Origin: Candidatus Methylomirabilis oxygeniifera
Lineage (GTDB): Bacteria > Methylomirabilota > Methylomirabilia > Methylomirabilales > Methylomirabilaceae
Length of the DNA: 32,000 bases
Assembly (NCBI GenBank): GCA_000091165.1
Contig: FP565575.1
Location: 930,001 to 962,000 of the forward strand
Direction: 5' to 3'
This document shows positions 15,066 to 24,897 of this stretch, one piece after another (position 1 is the stretch's first letter; every line of letters begins with the position of its first letter). The notes beneath the pieces were generated by a model. That model was not told the DNA's origin and ran no database searches. It saw nothing but the letters and a program-made list of their open reading frames with translations. The position numbers and the translations under genes were made by a program.

Positions 15066-15093
15066 TTCGAGACTTTTTCGGCGAGAGGCGTAG

Positions 15094-15157
15094 GTCGGGT
15101 TAGCGTCGCGTAACCCGACAACCCGGCCCCACTCCGTATCCCTCTTTGCGCAAGAGG
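15094..15157. repeat. Two REP-like hairpins ('GTCGGGTTA..TAACCCGAC' type and 'CCTCTT..AAGAGG' type)
   Basis: 9-bp stem GTCGGGTTA / TAACCCGAC (15094-15119, 8-nt loop), then CCTCTT-tgcgc-AAGAGG (about 15141-15157). They account for the spurious ORF 15035..15244. Confidence 0.5.
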
Positions 15158-15325
15158 AGGCCAGGGAGGAAATTCTGTGGAGTTGAGAACTGATCGTTGG
15201 GTATTTCTCGACGATGGCGTATCTCCGATGAGGCTATCTTGCATTTGCTCCGCCCTTTAGGTACAGTCATAGAATGATTGCTTGAGAGACCGATGCAATG
15301 AAGAGAATGCCCGAAGGAGTCTGAG

Positions 15326-15658
15326 ATGGAGGCTGAACTTCTGCAGCGCGAACCGAGGCTTGCCGAGATCGTGCGTCGGCTGATCGAGGCTTGCCGACCC
15401 GAGCGTATCTATCTTTTCGGATCGAAAGCACGCGGCGAAGCCGGACCGGATAGTGACTACGACATTATGGTGATCGTCTCCGACTCTTCCGAGCCGTCGT
15501 ACCGACGGGCACAGCACGCCTACCTCGCGCTTCGTGGAATCAATACGGCCGTCGATGTGCTCGTCTGGACACGCGAGGCTTTTGACCGCCGCCTGCACCT
15601 GCGAGCGTCGTTTCCGTCGACCATCATGCGTGAAGGGAAGCTGCTGTATGCCGCGTGA
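15326..15658 (+). CDS. Minimal nucleotidyltransferase (MNT) antitoxin-type protein, 110 aa
   Basis: LFGSKARGEAGPDSDYDIMVIV (the GS..G...D.D pol-beta-type NTase motif). SD GAAGGAG upstream. Confidence 0.85.
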   Translation: MEAELLQREPRLAEIVRRLIEACRPERIYLFGSKARGEAGPDSDYDIMVIVSDSSEPSYRRAQHAYLALRGINTAVDVLVWTREAFDRRLHLRASFPSTIMREGKLLYAA

Positions 15659-16061
15659 TGCGCAGCAAATCGAAGATACCCGGGCGTGGCTCACGAAGGC
15701 GGCGCTCGACTTACGGGCCGGCGAGGGAGATCTGACCTTGGAACCCCCGATTCCAGAAGACGCGATGTTCCATGCCCAGCAGGCGGCGGAGAAGGTCCTG
15801 AAGGCTTTTCTGGCCTGGTACGATGAACCGTTTCGGAAGACGCACGATCTTCGAGAGTTGGGTAGACAGTGCGTGCGTATAGACCCAGCGCTCGATACCG
15901 CCTGCTCGAAAGCTGAGGCGCTTACTCCCTTTGCCTGGCAGTTCCGCTATCCGGAAGAGCCGTCAGCGCCAAGTATCCAAGAGGCAAAGGAGGCCCTCGC
16001 GCTCGCTCGTGAAGTCTACGAGACTATCCTCGGCCGCTTACCCGAGGAGGTGCGACCATGA
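15648..16061 (+). CDS. HEPN-domain protein (toxin partner of MNT), 137 aa
   Basis: Trimmed to the ATG at 15648, which overlaps the MNT stop by 11 nt. It carries a helical HEPN signature, FRKTHDLRELG. Confidence 0.8.
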   Translation: MPRDAQQIEDTRAWLTKAALDLRAGEGDLTLEPPIPEDAMFHAQQAAEKVLKAFLAWYDEPFRKTHDLRELGRQCVRIDPALDTACSKAEALTPFAWQFRYPEEPSAPSIQEAKEALALAREVYETILGRLPEEVRP

Positions 16062-16169
16062 ATCAATCCGGATTCTCTGGCCGTACGGTCGGGTCTTGCA
16101 TTGGACCTCGCACATCTATTCTCCTTGTAGCGGCAACATCAGCTCCCTCCGATAAGGCGCTTGTGGGAA

Positions 16170-16469
16170 AATAGGGACAGACACTAGTATCGTGCCAATT
16201 CGTGGTGTTCGCGGTCATGATCGTGCATGCCACGGATTACCCGAACTGTTGCGTTCGGCTACCGGTATCGTGTGACGCAACGAGGGAATGATCGCCAAGC
16301 GGTCTTTCGGAACGACAGAGATCCGAATGCGCACGATGACAGAACGGCCACTGCGAAGAGACGGACTCATCTGGGACATTTGGGAGATACGCAGGAAGCT
16401 GGACGAGTAATTCACGTGTTGCAGAGGGGAAGACCAAGAACGGATTTTTAAATAGTGTCTGTCCCTATT
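16170..16469. mobile_element. Degenerate REPtron: remnant of a REP-associated tyrosine transposase (RAYT) bounded by a 17-bp perfect inverted repeat
   Basis: AATAGGGACAGACACTA (16170-16186) and TAGTGTCTGTCCCTATT (16453-16469). The internal ORF starts MPRITRTVAFGYRYRVTQRGNDRQAVFRNDRD (RAYT/IS200-like N-terminus, with the HxH position reading YRV) and then loses similarity. Confidence 0.5.
16227..16451 (+). pseudogene. Truncated/decayed RAYT (IS200/IS605-like Y1 transposase) gene
   Basis: Only about the first 32 codons look RAYT-like and the rest is low-complexity. The ORF is 74 aa, against roughly 150-300 aa that I would expect for an intact enzyme. Confidence 0.45.
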
Positions 16470-16485
16470 ATTCGTATTCGTACTG

Positions 16486-16941
16486 TCACACCGGCTTCAA
16501 CTTCACCGACGAGGGGGAAGATTGCTCTTGATCGACAAGCCATGCGCGAAGCGTGGCGTGGATCTCATCGCGAACGCGACGGAACTTCTTCAGTTTGTCT
16601 TCATCTGTGCCGGCAGCCTGAGAAGGATCGTCGAAGCTCCAGTGGATGCGGGTCGTTCCGCCTGGGAACATCGGGCATCGTTCGTTGGCGTTGTCGCAGA
16701 CCGTGATCACGTAGTCCCATGGCTGGCTGAGGAATGCGTCGATGGCCTTGGAGGTATGCCCGCTCAGATCGATGGCAACCTCGCCCATAGCCCGAATCGC
16801 GAGCGGGTGGACGCGCGATGCTTCGGTCCCGGCGCTTGCCACATCAAAACGCTCGCCAGCGAGCGCGCGAAGGAGACCTTCGGCCATCTGGCTCCGCGCC
16901 GAGTTGTGTGTGCAAAGAAACAGGACTCGCAGTGTGGTCAT
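16486..16941 (-). CDS. arsC: Arsenate reductase, LMW-PTPase/thioredoxin-coupled type, 151 aa
   Basis: Trimmed to the ATG at 16941 (GAGGGGAG upstream). P-loop VLFLCTHNSARSQMAEG, plus downstream Cys in VCDNANERCP. Confidence 0.85.
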   Translation of the reverse strand: MTTLRVLFLCTHNSARSQMAEGLLRALAGERFDVASAGTEASRVHPLAIRAMGEVAIDLSGHTSKAIDAFLSQPWDYVITVCDNANERCPMFPGGTTRIHWSFDDPSQAAGTDEDKLKKFRRVRDEIHATLRAWLVDQEQSSPSSVKLKPV

Positions 16942-17036
16942 ATAGCTCCCCTCAGCGTGTACGCTGACCATAGATTGCCGGATAACACCCGGAAGACATC
17001 GACGCTATCGCGAAGCAGAGATTGTGCTGAACATGG

Positions 17037-18146
17037 TCACGTCTGTCGGCCGATTGGTGTTCCGGCTGATTCGACGACCGGGACCGCCGTGGGCTCGGTA
17101 AACCAATGACGTGTGCGATTACAGATCGAGCACACCGAGAGCATGACCGGCACCTCGACGAGGACCCCGACCACCGTGGCCAATGTCGCGCCGGAGGTGA
17201 GGCCGAAGAGCGAGATGGCGGTGGCGACGGCCAGCTCGAAAAAGTTGCTGGCGCCGATCAGCGCGCCAGGAGCCGCGACCGAGTGTGGGACACGGAGCCG
17301 CCACGCCAACCCATACGCCAACCCTGAGTTGAAGTAGACCTGGATAAGCAGAGGGATGGCGATGAGCACGATGTGCGAGAGCTTACCCAGGATCACCTCC
17401 CCCTGGAAGGCGAAGATGATGACGAGGGTGGCCAGGAGGGCCACAATAGTGACCGGCTTGAGCCGCGCAAGAAAAACGCCCTCGAACCACGCGGGGCCGT
17501 GAGTCCGGAGGAGCGCCGCGCGAGAGGCAGCCCCGGCTACAAGAGGGATGACGATATAGAGCAGGACCGAGTAGAGCAGTACGTCGTACGGCACCGTGAT
17601 GTTCGAGACGCCCAGGAGAAAGATGACGATGGGCGCAAAGGCGAAGAGCATGATGAGGTCGTTCAACGCTACCTGGACCAGCGTGTAGGCTGGGTCGCCG
17701 TCGGTCAGATAGCTCCAGACGAAGACCATGGCCGTGCACGGGGCAGCCGCCAGGATGATGGTCCCGGCAAGGTACTGATCTCCGAGCGAGGGACCGATAA
17801 TCCCGGCAAAGAGGTGCTTGAAGAAGAGCCAGCCGAGGAAGGCCATGCTAAAAGGCTTGACCAACCAGTTGACGAACAGGGTGATCAGGATCCCCTTCGG
17901 TCGCCGCCCGACGTCCCTGATGGCAGAGAAGTCGATCCGCAGCATCATTGGGTAGATCATCAGCCAGATCAGGATCGCAACCGGGAGGTTGACGTGACTC
18001 ACCTCCATCCGGCTTAAGGCGCCAACCAGTCCGGGGCTGATCTTGCCGATGGCGATGCCCGTCACGATACAGAGCGCCACCCAGACAGAGAGGTAGCGCT
18101 CAAAGACGTTCAGCCGCGTTGCAACAGTGATATCCTGCGTGCTCAT
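17037..18146 (-). CDS. acr3: ACR3-family arsenite efflux permease, 369 aa
   Basis: About 10 TM helices. The N-terminus LNVFERYLSVWVALCIVTGIAIG is typical of ACR3. It lies between arsR and arsC. Confidence 0.9.
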   Translation of the reverse strand: MSTQDITVATRLNVFERYLSVWVALCIVTGIAIGKISPGLVGALSRMEVSHVNLPVAILIWLMIYPMMLRIDFSAIRDVGRRPKGILITLFVNWLVKPFSMAFLGWLFFKHLFAGIIGPSLGDQYLAGTIILAAAPCTAMVFVWSYLTDGDPAYTLVQVALNDLIMLFAFAPIVIFLLGVSNITVPYDVLLYSVLLYIVIPLVAGAASRAALLRTHGPAWFEGVFLARLKPVTIVALLATLVIIFAFQGEVILGKLSHIVLIAIPLLIQVYFNSGLAYGLAWRLRVPHSVAAPGALIGASNFFELAVATAISLFGLTSGATLATVVGVLVEVPVMLSVCSICNRTRHWFTEPTAVPVVESAGTPIGRQT

Positions 18147-18165
18147 AGTATCTTCCCACTATCCG

Positions 18166-18188
18166 AATCAAGATTCATTGATGAGTCA
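18166..18188 (-). promoter_or_regulatory. Second copy of the ArsR-type operator, between arsR and acr3
   Basis: AATCAAGATTCATTGATGAGTCA is near-identical to the site at 18539-18561. Core palindrome: ATCAA-N6-TTGAT. Confidence 0.45.
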
Positions 18189-18201
18189 GGCCAAAAAAAA
18201 G

Positions 18202-18528
18202 TCAATCACATCGTTTCAACGAAACGCGAAGCCCACGTCCTCTTGGCTTCAGCGAGCCAATAAACTGCTCCAGATCCTCGATCGCCTCCGGGTTCAACGA
18301 GTAGTACACCCATCGACCCTCCCGCCTGTCCGTTAGGAATCCGGCCTCCTTGAGCGTCTTGAGATGGAAGGAGAGCAGCGATTGGGTTGTCGCCAGCATG
18401 TCGGTCAAGTCGCAGACGCACTGCTCGCCGTCGCTCAGACGTTCGATGATCTGCAGGCGCGTTTCATCGGAGAGCGCGTGAAACCAACGCGCGGTACGCT
18501 TGAAATCTTTCGGCACCAGAAATCCCAT
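18202..18528 (-). CDS. arsR: ArsR/SmtB-family metalloregulator, 108 aa
   Basis: LSDETRLQIIERLSDGEQCVCDLTDML (HTH with a CVC As(III) site). Confidence 0.85.
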   Translation of the reverse strand: MGFLVPKDFKRTARWFHALSDETRLQIIERLSDGEQCVCDLTDMLATTQSLLSFHLKTLKEAGFLTDRREGRWVYYSLNPEAIEDLEQFIGSLKPRGRGLRVSLKRCD

Positions 18529-18534
18529 GAACTG

Positions 18535-18562
18535 AATATATCAAACTTCATTGATGCGTCAA
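18535..18562 (-). promoter_or_regulatory. arsR promoter with operator in the spacer; arsR probably leaderless
   Basis: Minus strand: TTGACG (18562-18557), a 16-nt spacer containing the palindrome ATCAATGAAGTTTGAT, then TATATT (18540-18535), then 6 nt to the ATG at 18528. There is no SD. Confidence 0.5.
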
Positions 18563-18757
18563 ACAACTATAAAAAAGGGCGCCTTCCTCGTCATGGCTAG
18601 GCTACACACACAAACGAACCTGGATAATCCCTATATGGCTCAAACTGTGCGGTTGCGGTTCGCTAGCCTATGATTTACACTTGGTAAGTTTATCGTGTAC
18701 GTCATACGATCAATGACAACCGGCTGAATACTAATTCTCCAACAACTCAAATCGCCC

Positions 18758-21082
18758 ATGCTTCAAACCATCGAACAGCGCATCGCCACCGAGCTTGGTG
18801 TCAAGCCTGCCCAAGCCATTGCCGCGGTTCAATTGCTTGACGAGGGTGCCACCGTGCCCTTCATAGCCCGCTACCGCAAGGAAATTACCGGCGAGCTGGA
18901 CGACATCCAACTGCGGTTACTTGAGGAACGACTGACCTATCTGCGCGAACTCGAAGAACGCCGTGCGACAGTGCTTGCGTCCATAGAGGAGCAGGGGAAG
19001 CTGACGGCCGAACTGAAAGCCGAGATCGTTGGTGCCGAGACCAAACAGCGTCTCGAAGATCTCTACTTGCCCTACAAATCCAGACGACGCACCAAGGCCC
19101 AGATCGCGCGCGAGGCCGGTCTGGAGCCCTTGGCCGATGCCCTGTTCGACGATCCAACACTCGTTCCGGAGATCGAAGCCGCAAAATATGTTCGAACGGA
19201 CACTGAACCGCCGGAGCAGCATGTACCGGATGTCAAGGCAGCGCTCGATGGCGCACGCCAGATTCTGATGGAACGGTTCTCTGAGGATGCCGGGCTGCTC
19301 GACGGGCTGCGTCGTTACCTGTCCGATCATGCGCTGATCGTCTCCATGGTGGCCGAGGGCAAGGAGAGTGAAGGCGCCAAGTTCCGCGACTGGTTTGATT
19401 TTCGTGAACCGATCAAAAGCGCTCCCTCGCACCGGGTTCTGGCCATGTTGCGGGGCCGCAACGAGGATATCCTGCGTTTGGCGCTGAAGACCGAACCCGA
19501 ACTTGAAGATCCGCCGCGTGCCTCGCCCTGCGAAGCCATGGTAGCCGGTCATTTCGGCATCACCGACAAAGGCCGCCCGGCGGACACGTGGTTGCTGGAC
19601 TCGGTACGTTCGGCCTGGATGGTCAAGCTCTCGCTGCACCTGAAGCTCGAGTTGATGAACGAGATGCGGGAACGTGCCGAGGACGAAGCCATTCGGGTTT
19701 TTGCCCGCAACCTTCACGACCTGCTGCTCGCGGCACCGGCCGGCCCGCGGATCACTATCGGTCTTGATCCAGGGATTCGCACCGGAGTCAAGGTCGCCGT
19801 CATCGACAAGACCGGCAAGCTCGTCGACACCTCCACGATCTACCCTCACGAACCGCGCCGGGACTGGGACGGCGCACTTGCCACCATTCGCCAGTTGGCT
19901 CAAAAGCATGGGGCCGAGTTGATCGCTATTGGCAACGGCACAGCCAGCCGGGAAACCGACAAGCTCGCCGCCGATCTCATCAAGCGCCACCCCGAATTGA
20001 AACTGGCCAAGGTGGTGGTGTCGGAGGCAGGGGCCTCCGTGTATTCAGCCTCCGAACTGGCCTCGAAGGAATTTCCCGATATAGACGTGTCTTTGCGGGG
20101 CGCCGTGTCCATCGCGCGCCGTCTGCAGGATCCCCTGGCAGAACTGGTCAAGATCGACCCGAAGAGCATCGGCGTCGGCCAGTATCAACACGATGTGAAT
20201 CAGGGCAAGCTGGCACGGTCGCTCGGTGCGGTGATCGAGGACTGCGTGAACTCGGTCGGCGTCGACGTCAATACTGCATCCGTACCCCTGCTGACTCGCA
20301 TCTCCGGTCTCACCCCGACACTTGCCGGTAACATCGTCAGCTACCGCGATCAGCATGGCGCCTTCAAGAGCCGCAAGCAGTTACGGCTTGTCCCCCGCCT
20401 GGGCGACAAGACATTCGAACTGGCTGCCGGTTTCTTGCGTATCAACAATGGCGACAACCCACTCGATGCCTCGGCTGTGCATCCGGAAGCCTATCCCGTC
20501 GTCGAGCGAATTCTTGCCGACATCAAAAAGAGCATCCGTGAAGTGATCGGAGACGGTAACGCCGTGCGCGCCCTCACACCTGAGAAATACACCGATGACA
20601 AGTTCGGCCTGCCCACGGTTCAGGACATTCTCACGGAACTCGAAAAACCCGGTCGCGATCCGCGACCTGAGTTCAAGACCGCCCTATTCCGCGAAGGGGT
20701 TGAAAGTCTCATGGACCTTGAGTCCGGGATGATGCTGGAAGGCATCGTCACCAATGTCACCAATTTCGGCGCCTTTGTCGATATCGGCGTACACCAGGAC
20801 GGTCTCGTCCACGTCTCAGCGCTTGCCGACAAGTTTGTCAAAGACCCGCACAGTATCGTCAAGGCGGGCGACGTTGTGAAGGTGAAAGTGTTGGAGGTCG
20901 ATATCGCACGCAAGCGCATCGCCCTGACCATGCGCCTGTCGGATGAAGTCACAGCGAGGATTGACGGCACCATTTCGCATCGAAGAGGCAAACCCCCTCT
21001 ACCGAAACCGAAACCAGATGCATTACAACAACGCAGTGCGATAGCAGCGGCTTTCGCGAAATTGAATCAGCGATACCAGTGA
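18758..21082 (+). CDS. tex: Tex-like transcription accessory protein (YqgF/HhH/S1 domains), 774 aa
   Basis: N-terminus [31 protein letters not shown], and a C-terminal S1 domain ([26 protein letters not shown]). Confidence 0.9.
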   Translation: MLQTIEQRIATELGVKPAQAIAAVQLLDEGATVPFIARYRKEITGELDDIQLRLLEERLTYLRELEERRATVLASIEEQGKLTAELKAEIVGAETKQRLEDLYLPYKSRRRTKAQIAREAGLEPLADALFDDPTLVPEIEAAKYVRTDTEPPEQHVPDVKAALDGARQILMERFSEDAGLLDGLRRYLSDHALIVSMVAEGKESEGAKFRDWFDFREPIKSAPSHRVLAMLRGRNEDILRLALKTEPELEDPPRASPCEAMVAGHFGITDKGRPADTWLLDSVRSAWMVKLSLHLKLELMNEMRERAEDEAIRVFARNLHDLLLAAPAGPRITIGLDPGIRTGVKVAVIDKTGKLVDTSTIYPHEPRRDWDGALATIRQLAQKHGAELIAIGNGTASRETDKLAADLIKRHPELKLAKVVVSEAGASVYSASELASKEFPDIDVSLRGAVSIARRLQDPLAELVKIDPKSIGVGQYQHDVNQGKLARSLGAVIEDCVNSVGVDVNTASVPLLTRISGLTPTLAGNIVSYRDQHGAFKSRKQLRLVPRLGDKTFELAAGFLRINNGDNPLDASAVHPEAYPVVERILADIKKSIREVIGDGNAVRALTPEKYTDDKFGLPTVQDILTELEKPGRDPRPEFKTALFREGVESLMDLESGMMLEGIVTNVTNFGAFVDIGVHQDGLVHVSALADKFVKDPHSIVKAGDVVKVKVLEVDIARKRIALTMRLSDEVTARIDGTISHRRGKPPLPKPKPDALQQRSAIAAAFAKLNQRYQ

Positions 21083-22167
21083 CGCAGGCTGTTCTCGTTC
21101 GCCGACCGAGTGATCTGACGGTCGCCTGGGCGCAACGCATCGTTGCTCAACATGCTGCAGGCGCCACGGTATCGGAGGTCAGTGTGCTGTCCGCTGATAT
21201 CGGGACGACAACGCGGGTGCGCGTCGCAGTCGAACACAATGGGCCGGAGACGTTGCCCCGTCGTTGGTTCGTGAAACTGCCGTCGCGGTCCTGGCGAGCC
21301 TGGTGCATTACGGCGTTACCCCGCCTCCTCCAGACAGAAGTGCGTTTCTATCAGGAAGTGACGCAGGCTGTCCCCGTGCTGCGGCCTACCGTGTTAGCGG
21401 CGCAGAGCCGGTGCGGACGGGGCACGACGCTGGTCCTTGCCGATGTGACAGAACGTGGTGCTGTTCCCGGCGCTCCAGGGGATGCGTTGACGACCGCTCA
21501 AGCGACCGTAGTGGTCGAACAACTGGCCAGACTTCATGTGCAGTTTTGGAATAAGGCGAGTCTCGATCAGGAATATCGATGGCTGGCTGGTCCTGTTCGG
21601 CGATGGGAAGATCGGTTGGGAACAGCCCTGGCAGTGCCGTTGATGCAACGGGGGTTACGGCGTGCCGGGAGCGCTGTTCCCATCGTACTCCACGCCCCCG
21701 CTGTGCAGTATGCGTGCCGGCGTCGCCAGGCGATGCGCTTGCTTGCAGACGGCCCACGCACCCTCGTCCATCACGATGTACATCCCGGCAATCTCTTCTG
21801 GCAGCAGTCCCAACCGGGATTCCTCGACTGGCAGCTCGTCCGCATTGGTGAGGGGATTGGCGATGTCGCGTACTTCCTGGCTACCGCGCTCACACCTGAA
21901 ATCCGGCGGACGTGCGAAGCGCGCCTGCTCGCACGGTATCAGCAGGTTCTTGAGGACTGCCGGATTGCGGATCTCGATTCCACAACGCTACGGCAACGAT
22001 ATCGCGCCCATCTCATGTATGCCTTTGAAGCCATGGTAGTGACGCTTGCGGTCGGTGACATGATGCCCCTGGAGAGCAATCTGGAACTCATTCGCCGGGC
22101 GGCCGCGGCCGTCGAGGATCACGATGCCTTTGCGGTCAGACCGGCGAGGAGCGCCTACCTCGGTTGA
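21079..22167 (+). CDS. APH/choline-kinase-like phosphotransferase family protein, 362 aa
   Basis: [13 protein letters not shown] (Brenner-type catalytic loop) and [18 protein letters not shown]. The GTG start overlaps the tex stop (GTGA), and the start is uncertain. Confidence 0.65.
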   Translation: MTQAVLVRRPSDLTVAWAQRIVAQHAAGATVSEVSVLSADIGTTTRVRVAVEHNGPETLPRRWFVKLPSRSWRAWCITALPRLLQTEVRFYQEVTQAVPVLRPTVLAAQSRCGRGTTLVLADVTERGAVPGAPGDALTTAQATVVVEQLARLHVQFWNKASLDQEYRWLAGPVRRWEDRLGTALAVPLMQRGLRRAGSAVPIVLHAPAVQYACRRRQAMRLLADGPRTLVHHDVHPGNLFWQQSQPGFLDWQLVRIGEGIGDVAYFLATALTPEIRRTCEARLLARYQQVLEDCRIADLDSTTLRQRYRAHLMYAFEAMVVTLAVGDMMPLESNLELIRRAAAAVEDHDAFAVRPARSAYLG

Positions 22168-22173
22168 TCCATA

Positions 22174-24006
22174 TTATACGAAGTCCGTACCAGGAGGGGC
22201 GATCGGTAGCGTAAAGCGGACAGTAGTTCCCTTGTTTAATTCGCTTTCGATGAGTAGCTCACCACCATGCGCCTTGACCAGGTGCTTGACGATGGCTAAG
22301 CCAAGTCCTGTCCCGCCCATCTCTCGAGAACGGGCCCTGTCCACCCGGTAGAACCGCTCGGTGATTCTGGGCAGGTCCTGGGAAGGAATGCCAATGCCCG
22401 TATCCTGCACCGCAACCTCCACGAAGTCAACGATAGGGTGTAGGGTATCGGGTGTAGGGTGGGCGAGCGAAGCGGACACCCTGACAGCCCCGCCCTTTTG
22501 AGTAAACTTGAAGCCGTTGTCCAGGAGGTTGATCAGGACCTGCGCGATTCGGTCGCGGTCGGCCATGACGCGCGGTAGATCATCGGGAAGCTCGGTCCGA
22601 AGTTCGATCTTCTGCTTGGTCGCCTGCGGTCCGTAGATAGCCATGACATTGTGCACCACCTCGGCGAGGACTGTCGGTTGCCGATGAAGCGTCACCTTTC
22701 CCAATTCAAGATTGGAGAGATCCAGCAGGTCGTCCAGGAGCCGACCCAAACGTTCGGTGTGCTTGTGGATTACCTCGAGGAACGGCCGGGCATGCTCCCG
22801 ATCCTCGAGCGCTCCTTCCAGGAGGGTCTCCAAGTATCCTCTGACTGAGGTAAGGGGAGTGCGGAGTTCATGAGAGACGTTGGCCACAAACTCCGTACGG
22901 GCCGCCTCAAGGCGACGGAGTTCGGTCACATCGTGCATCACCCACAGTGCGCCTGCTGATCGTTCGCTGCCCTTGAGGGGAGAGGCATGCACTTGAAGTA
23001 CCCGCTGCACCGGGGTAAAGATATGAAGCTCCCGAGGAGCGAAAACCCCCTCCCTGAGGGTTTGATTCAAAAGATCCAACATTTCCTTATTACGAATCAC
23101 CTCGAGAAATGGCCTGCCCTCCGCCACGACCGACGAGATGTTGAAAAGCCGGCAGGCGCTGGCGTTGATAAAAAGAATCCGATTCATCCCATCAACCGCC
23201 AGTACCCCCTCTACCATGCTGTCAAGGATGGCAGCCCCCTTCGTCCGCTCCTCTTCCAGTGCGGCGAGGCGGTCTTCCAGCCGCTTTGCCATCAGATTCA
23301 GGGCGTTCCCTAACTGGCCAATTTCATCAGAAGAGACCGCGGAAATCTTTCGGGAGAAGTCCCCGTCGGCCATGCGGCGAGCGACGGCCGTCATCTCGGC
23401 GATGGGACTGGTCACCTGACGGGCGAACAGGAAACCCAGGATCACCGCTGCAGCCAGGGCAATCAGGCCCCCAATGATGAGTGTTCGTCTGAGTAACGTA
23501 AGATCATCCCTGAGATCAGAGAGCGGCATTGCAACGCGGAGGACCCCAGCGATTACTCCATTCTGTCGCAGGGGGATGGCCAGATACAGCATCTTGACGC
23601 CGAGGGTGTCGCTTCGACGAAGAACACTCCCCACACCATCGGAAATGGCAGCCTGGACCTCGGGGCGGCGCAGGTGATTGTCCATCAGTGCGACCTGTTC
23701 GAGTGTCCTCTCGGAATCCGCGAGGACTCGGCCTCCCGCCTCGATCACCGTGACTCGGGTCGCGACCTGCTGAGTAAGCCGTTGCACCAGCCTCTGAAGT
23801 TGCTTGGCATCTCGGGAGAGGAGGGCGGAATGTACCTCGTTGCTCATAAGCTGAGCCTGGGCCTGCAGGCTCGCCTTCAATCGATCGATCGGGGTGCGCT
23901 CGAGCGAGGAGTAAAGATAGACGCCGGCGACGGCGACGATGACGAGCACTAGGAGGAGATACGTGCCGATCAGCTTGCGCTGAAACCCGCCTTCGATCCG
24001 TGCCAT
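22174..24006 (-). CDS. phoR: PhoR-like sensor histidine kinase (periplasmic domain, HAMP, PAS, HisKA, HATPase), 610 aa
   Basis: FVANVSHELRTPLTSVRGYLETL closely resembles the E. coli PhoR H-box. It lies directly downstream of the PhoB-like regulator. Confidence 0.7.
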   Translation of the reverse strand: MARIEGGFQRKLIGTYLLLVLVIVAVAGVYLYSSLERTPIDRLKASLQAQAQLMSNEVHSALLSRDAKQLQRLVQRLTQQVATRVTVIEAGGRVLADSERTLEQVALMDNHLRRPEVQAAISDGVGSVLRRSDTLGVKMLYLAIPLRQNGVIAGVLRVAMPLSDLRDDLTLLRRTLIIGGLIALAAAVILGFLFARQVTSPIAEMTAVARRMADGDFSRKISAVSSDEIGQLGNALNLMAKRLEDRLAALEEERTKGAAILDSMVEGVLAVDGMNRILFINASACRLFNISSVVAEGRPFLEVIRNKEMLDLLNQTLREGVFAPRELHIFTPVQRVLQVHASPLKGSERSAGALWVMHDVTELRRLEAARTEFVANVSHELRTPLTSVRGYLETLLEGALEDREHARPFLEVIHKHTERLGRLLDDLLDLSNLELGKVTLHRQPTVLAEVVHNVMAIYGPQATKQKIELRTELPDDLPRVMADRDRIAQVLINLLDNGFKFTQKGGAVRVSASLAHPTPDTLHPIVDFVEVAVQDTGIGIPSQDLPRITERFYRVDRARSREMGGTGLGLAIVKHLVKAHGGELLIESELNKGTTVRFTLPIAPPGTDFV

Positions 24007-24023
24007 CCTTACTGTTCCGCCGA

Positions 24024-24707
24024 TCAGGAGTCCTGATTGAACCGGTACCCGACGCTCTTGACGGTGACGATGCGCGCAGCCTCCGGCCCCAGCTTCTCCC
24101 GGAGGCGCCGGACATGGACATCGACGGTGCGGGATTCTATCTCGGAGGCTCGCTCGTATCCCCAGACACGGTCCAACAGGTATTCCCTGGTCAGGACACG
24201 GCCCTTGGCCAGAACGAGGGCCTTCAAAAGGTCGAATTCCTTCGGTGTCAGCTCGACGGCCCGCTTGCGAATCGCAACAGTATACCGGTCGAGATCGATC
24301 TCAAGGCTGCCGGCCTTCACAATCTCTCCACCCTGGACCTCTTCGCTTCTGCGAATCAGGGCCTTGACCCTGGCCACCAGCTCCTTGGGTCCGAACGGCT
24401 TGGTGAGATAGTCGTCGCCGCCCAGTTCAAGACCTAGGACCTTGTCAGTTTCTTCCGCCTTGGCGGTCAGCATCAGGATCGGTAGGCGCGCGGTATCGGG
24501 TTCTTTGCGGAGCCGACGGCAGACATCCAACCCGCTCAGATGCGGCAGCATCAGATCCAGGACCAGCAGGCTCGGTCGCTCACGCTTGACCAGCTCCAAG
24601 GCCTGAAGGCCATCATGGGCCTGGAGGACACGAAATCCCTCGCGCTCAAGATGATAGGCGACCAGGGCGGTAATGTCTTTCTCATCGTCCACGACCAAGA
24701 CTTTCAT
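24024..24707 (-). CDS. phoB: PhoB-like OmpR-family response regulator, 227 aa
   Basis: LRKEPDTARLPILMLTAKAEETDKVLGLELGGDDYLTKPFGPKELVARVKALIRR and RTVDVHVRRLREKL are close to E. coli PhoB. Confidence 0.75.
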   Translation of the reverse strand: MKVLVVDDEKDITALVAYHLEREGFRVLQAHDGLQALELVKRERPSLLVLDLMLPHLSGLDVCRRLRKEPDTARLPILMLTAKAEETDKVLGLELGGDDYLTKPFGPKELVARVKALIRRSEEVQGGEIVKAGSLEIDLDRYTVAIRKRAVELTPKEFDLLKALVLAKGRVLTREYLLDRVWGYERASEIESRTVDVHVRRLREKLGPEAARIVTVKSVGYRFNQDS

Positions 24708-24862
24708 AACTGCGCCTCCAGCCGGGTCATCAGCATTACGTGGTTAGGGTGGGCGGTGATATGTCCGATAATAGTCTCGTTTGTGGGAAGGCCGCAAGCG
24801 GTTTTCCTTGAGCGTCGCCTGGTGATTGCGCTTGACCTGATGGACGAACGGTAGTAAATATG

Positions 24863-24888
24863 TCGATATGTTTATACATGCATATCGA
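24863..24888 (+). promoter_or_regulatory. Candidate ModE-type operator
   Basis: Perfect 8-bp inverted repeat TCGATATG (24863-24870) / CATATCGA (24881-24888) around the AT-rich spacer TTTATACATG. It ends 9 nt before the ATG at 24898. Confidence 0.4.
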
Positions 24889-24897
24889 GGGTGATCG

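Noticed and set aside
15035-15244. 69-aa ORF
   Set aside because: It is made up of REP hairpin translations (GYATLTRPT, PLAQRGIRSG) and has no SD.
18885-20991. 357-aa and smaller ORFs inside tex on either strand (18917..19990, 20045..20356, 20620..20991 and others)
   Set aside because: They lie within the well-conserved tex coding region, antisense or in an alternative frame.
24840-24885. Possible phased-repeat (Pho-box-like) site upstream of phoB (TTTAC ... GTCAA on the minus strand)
   Set aside because: Only two of four phased positions fit. There is no -10-like hexamer at the fixed distance, and the site is about 150 nt from the phoB start. It overlaps the ModE-type palindrome, which explains the sequence better.
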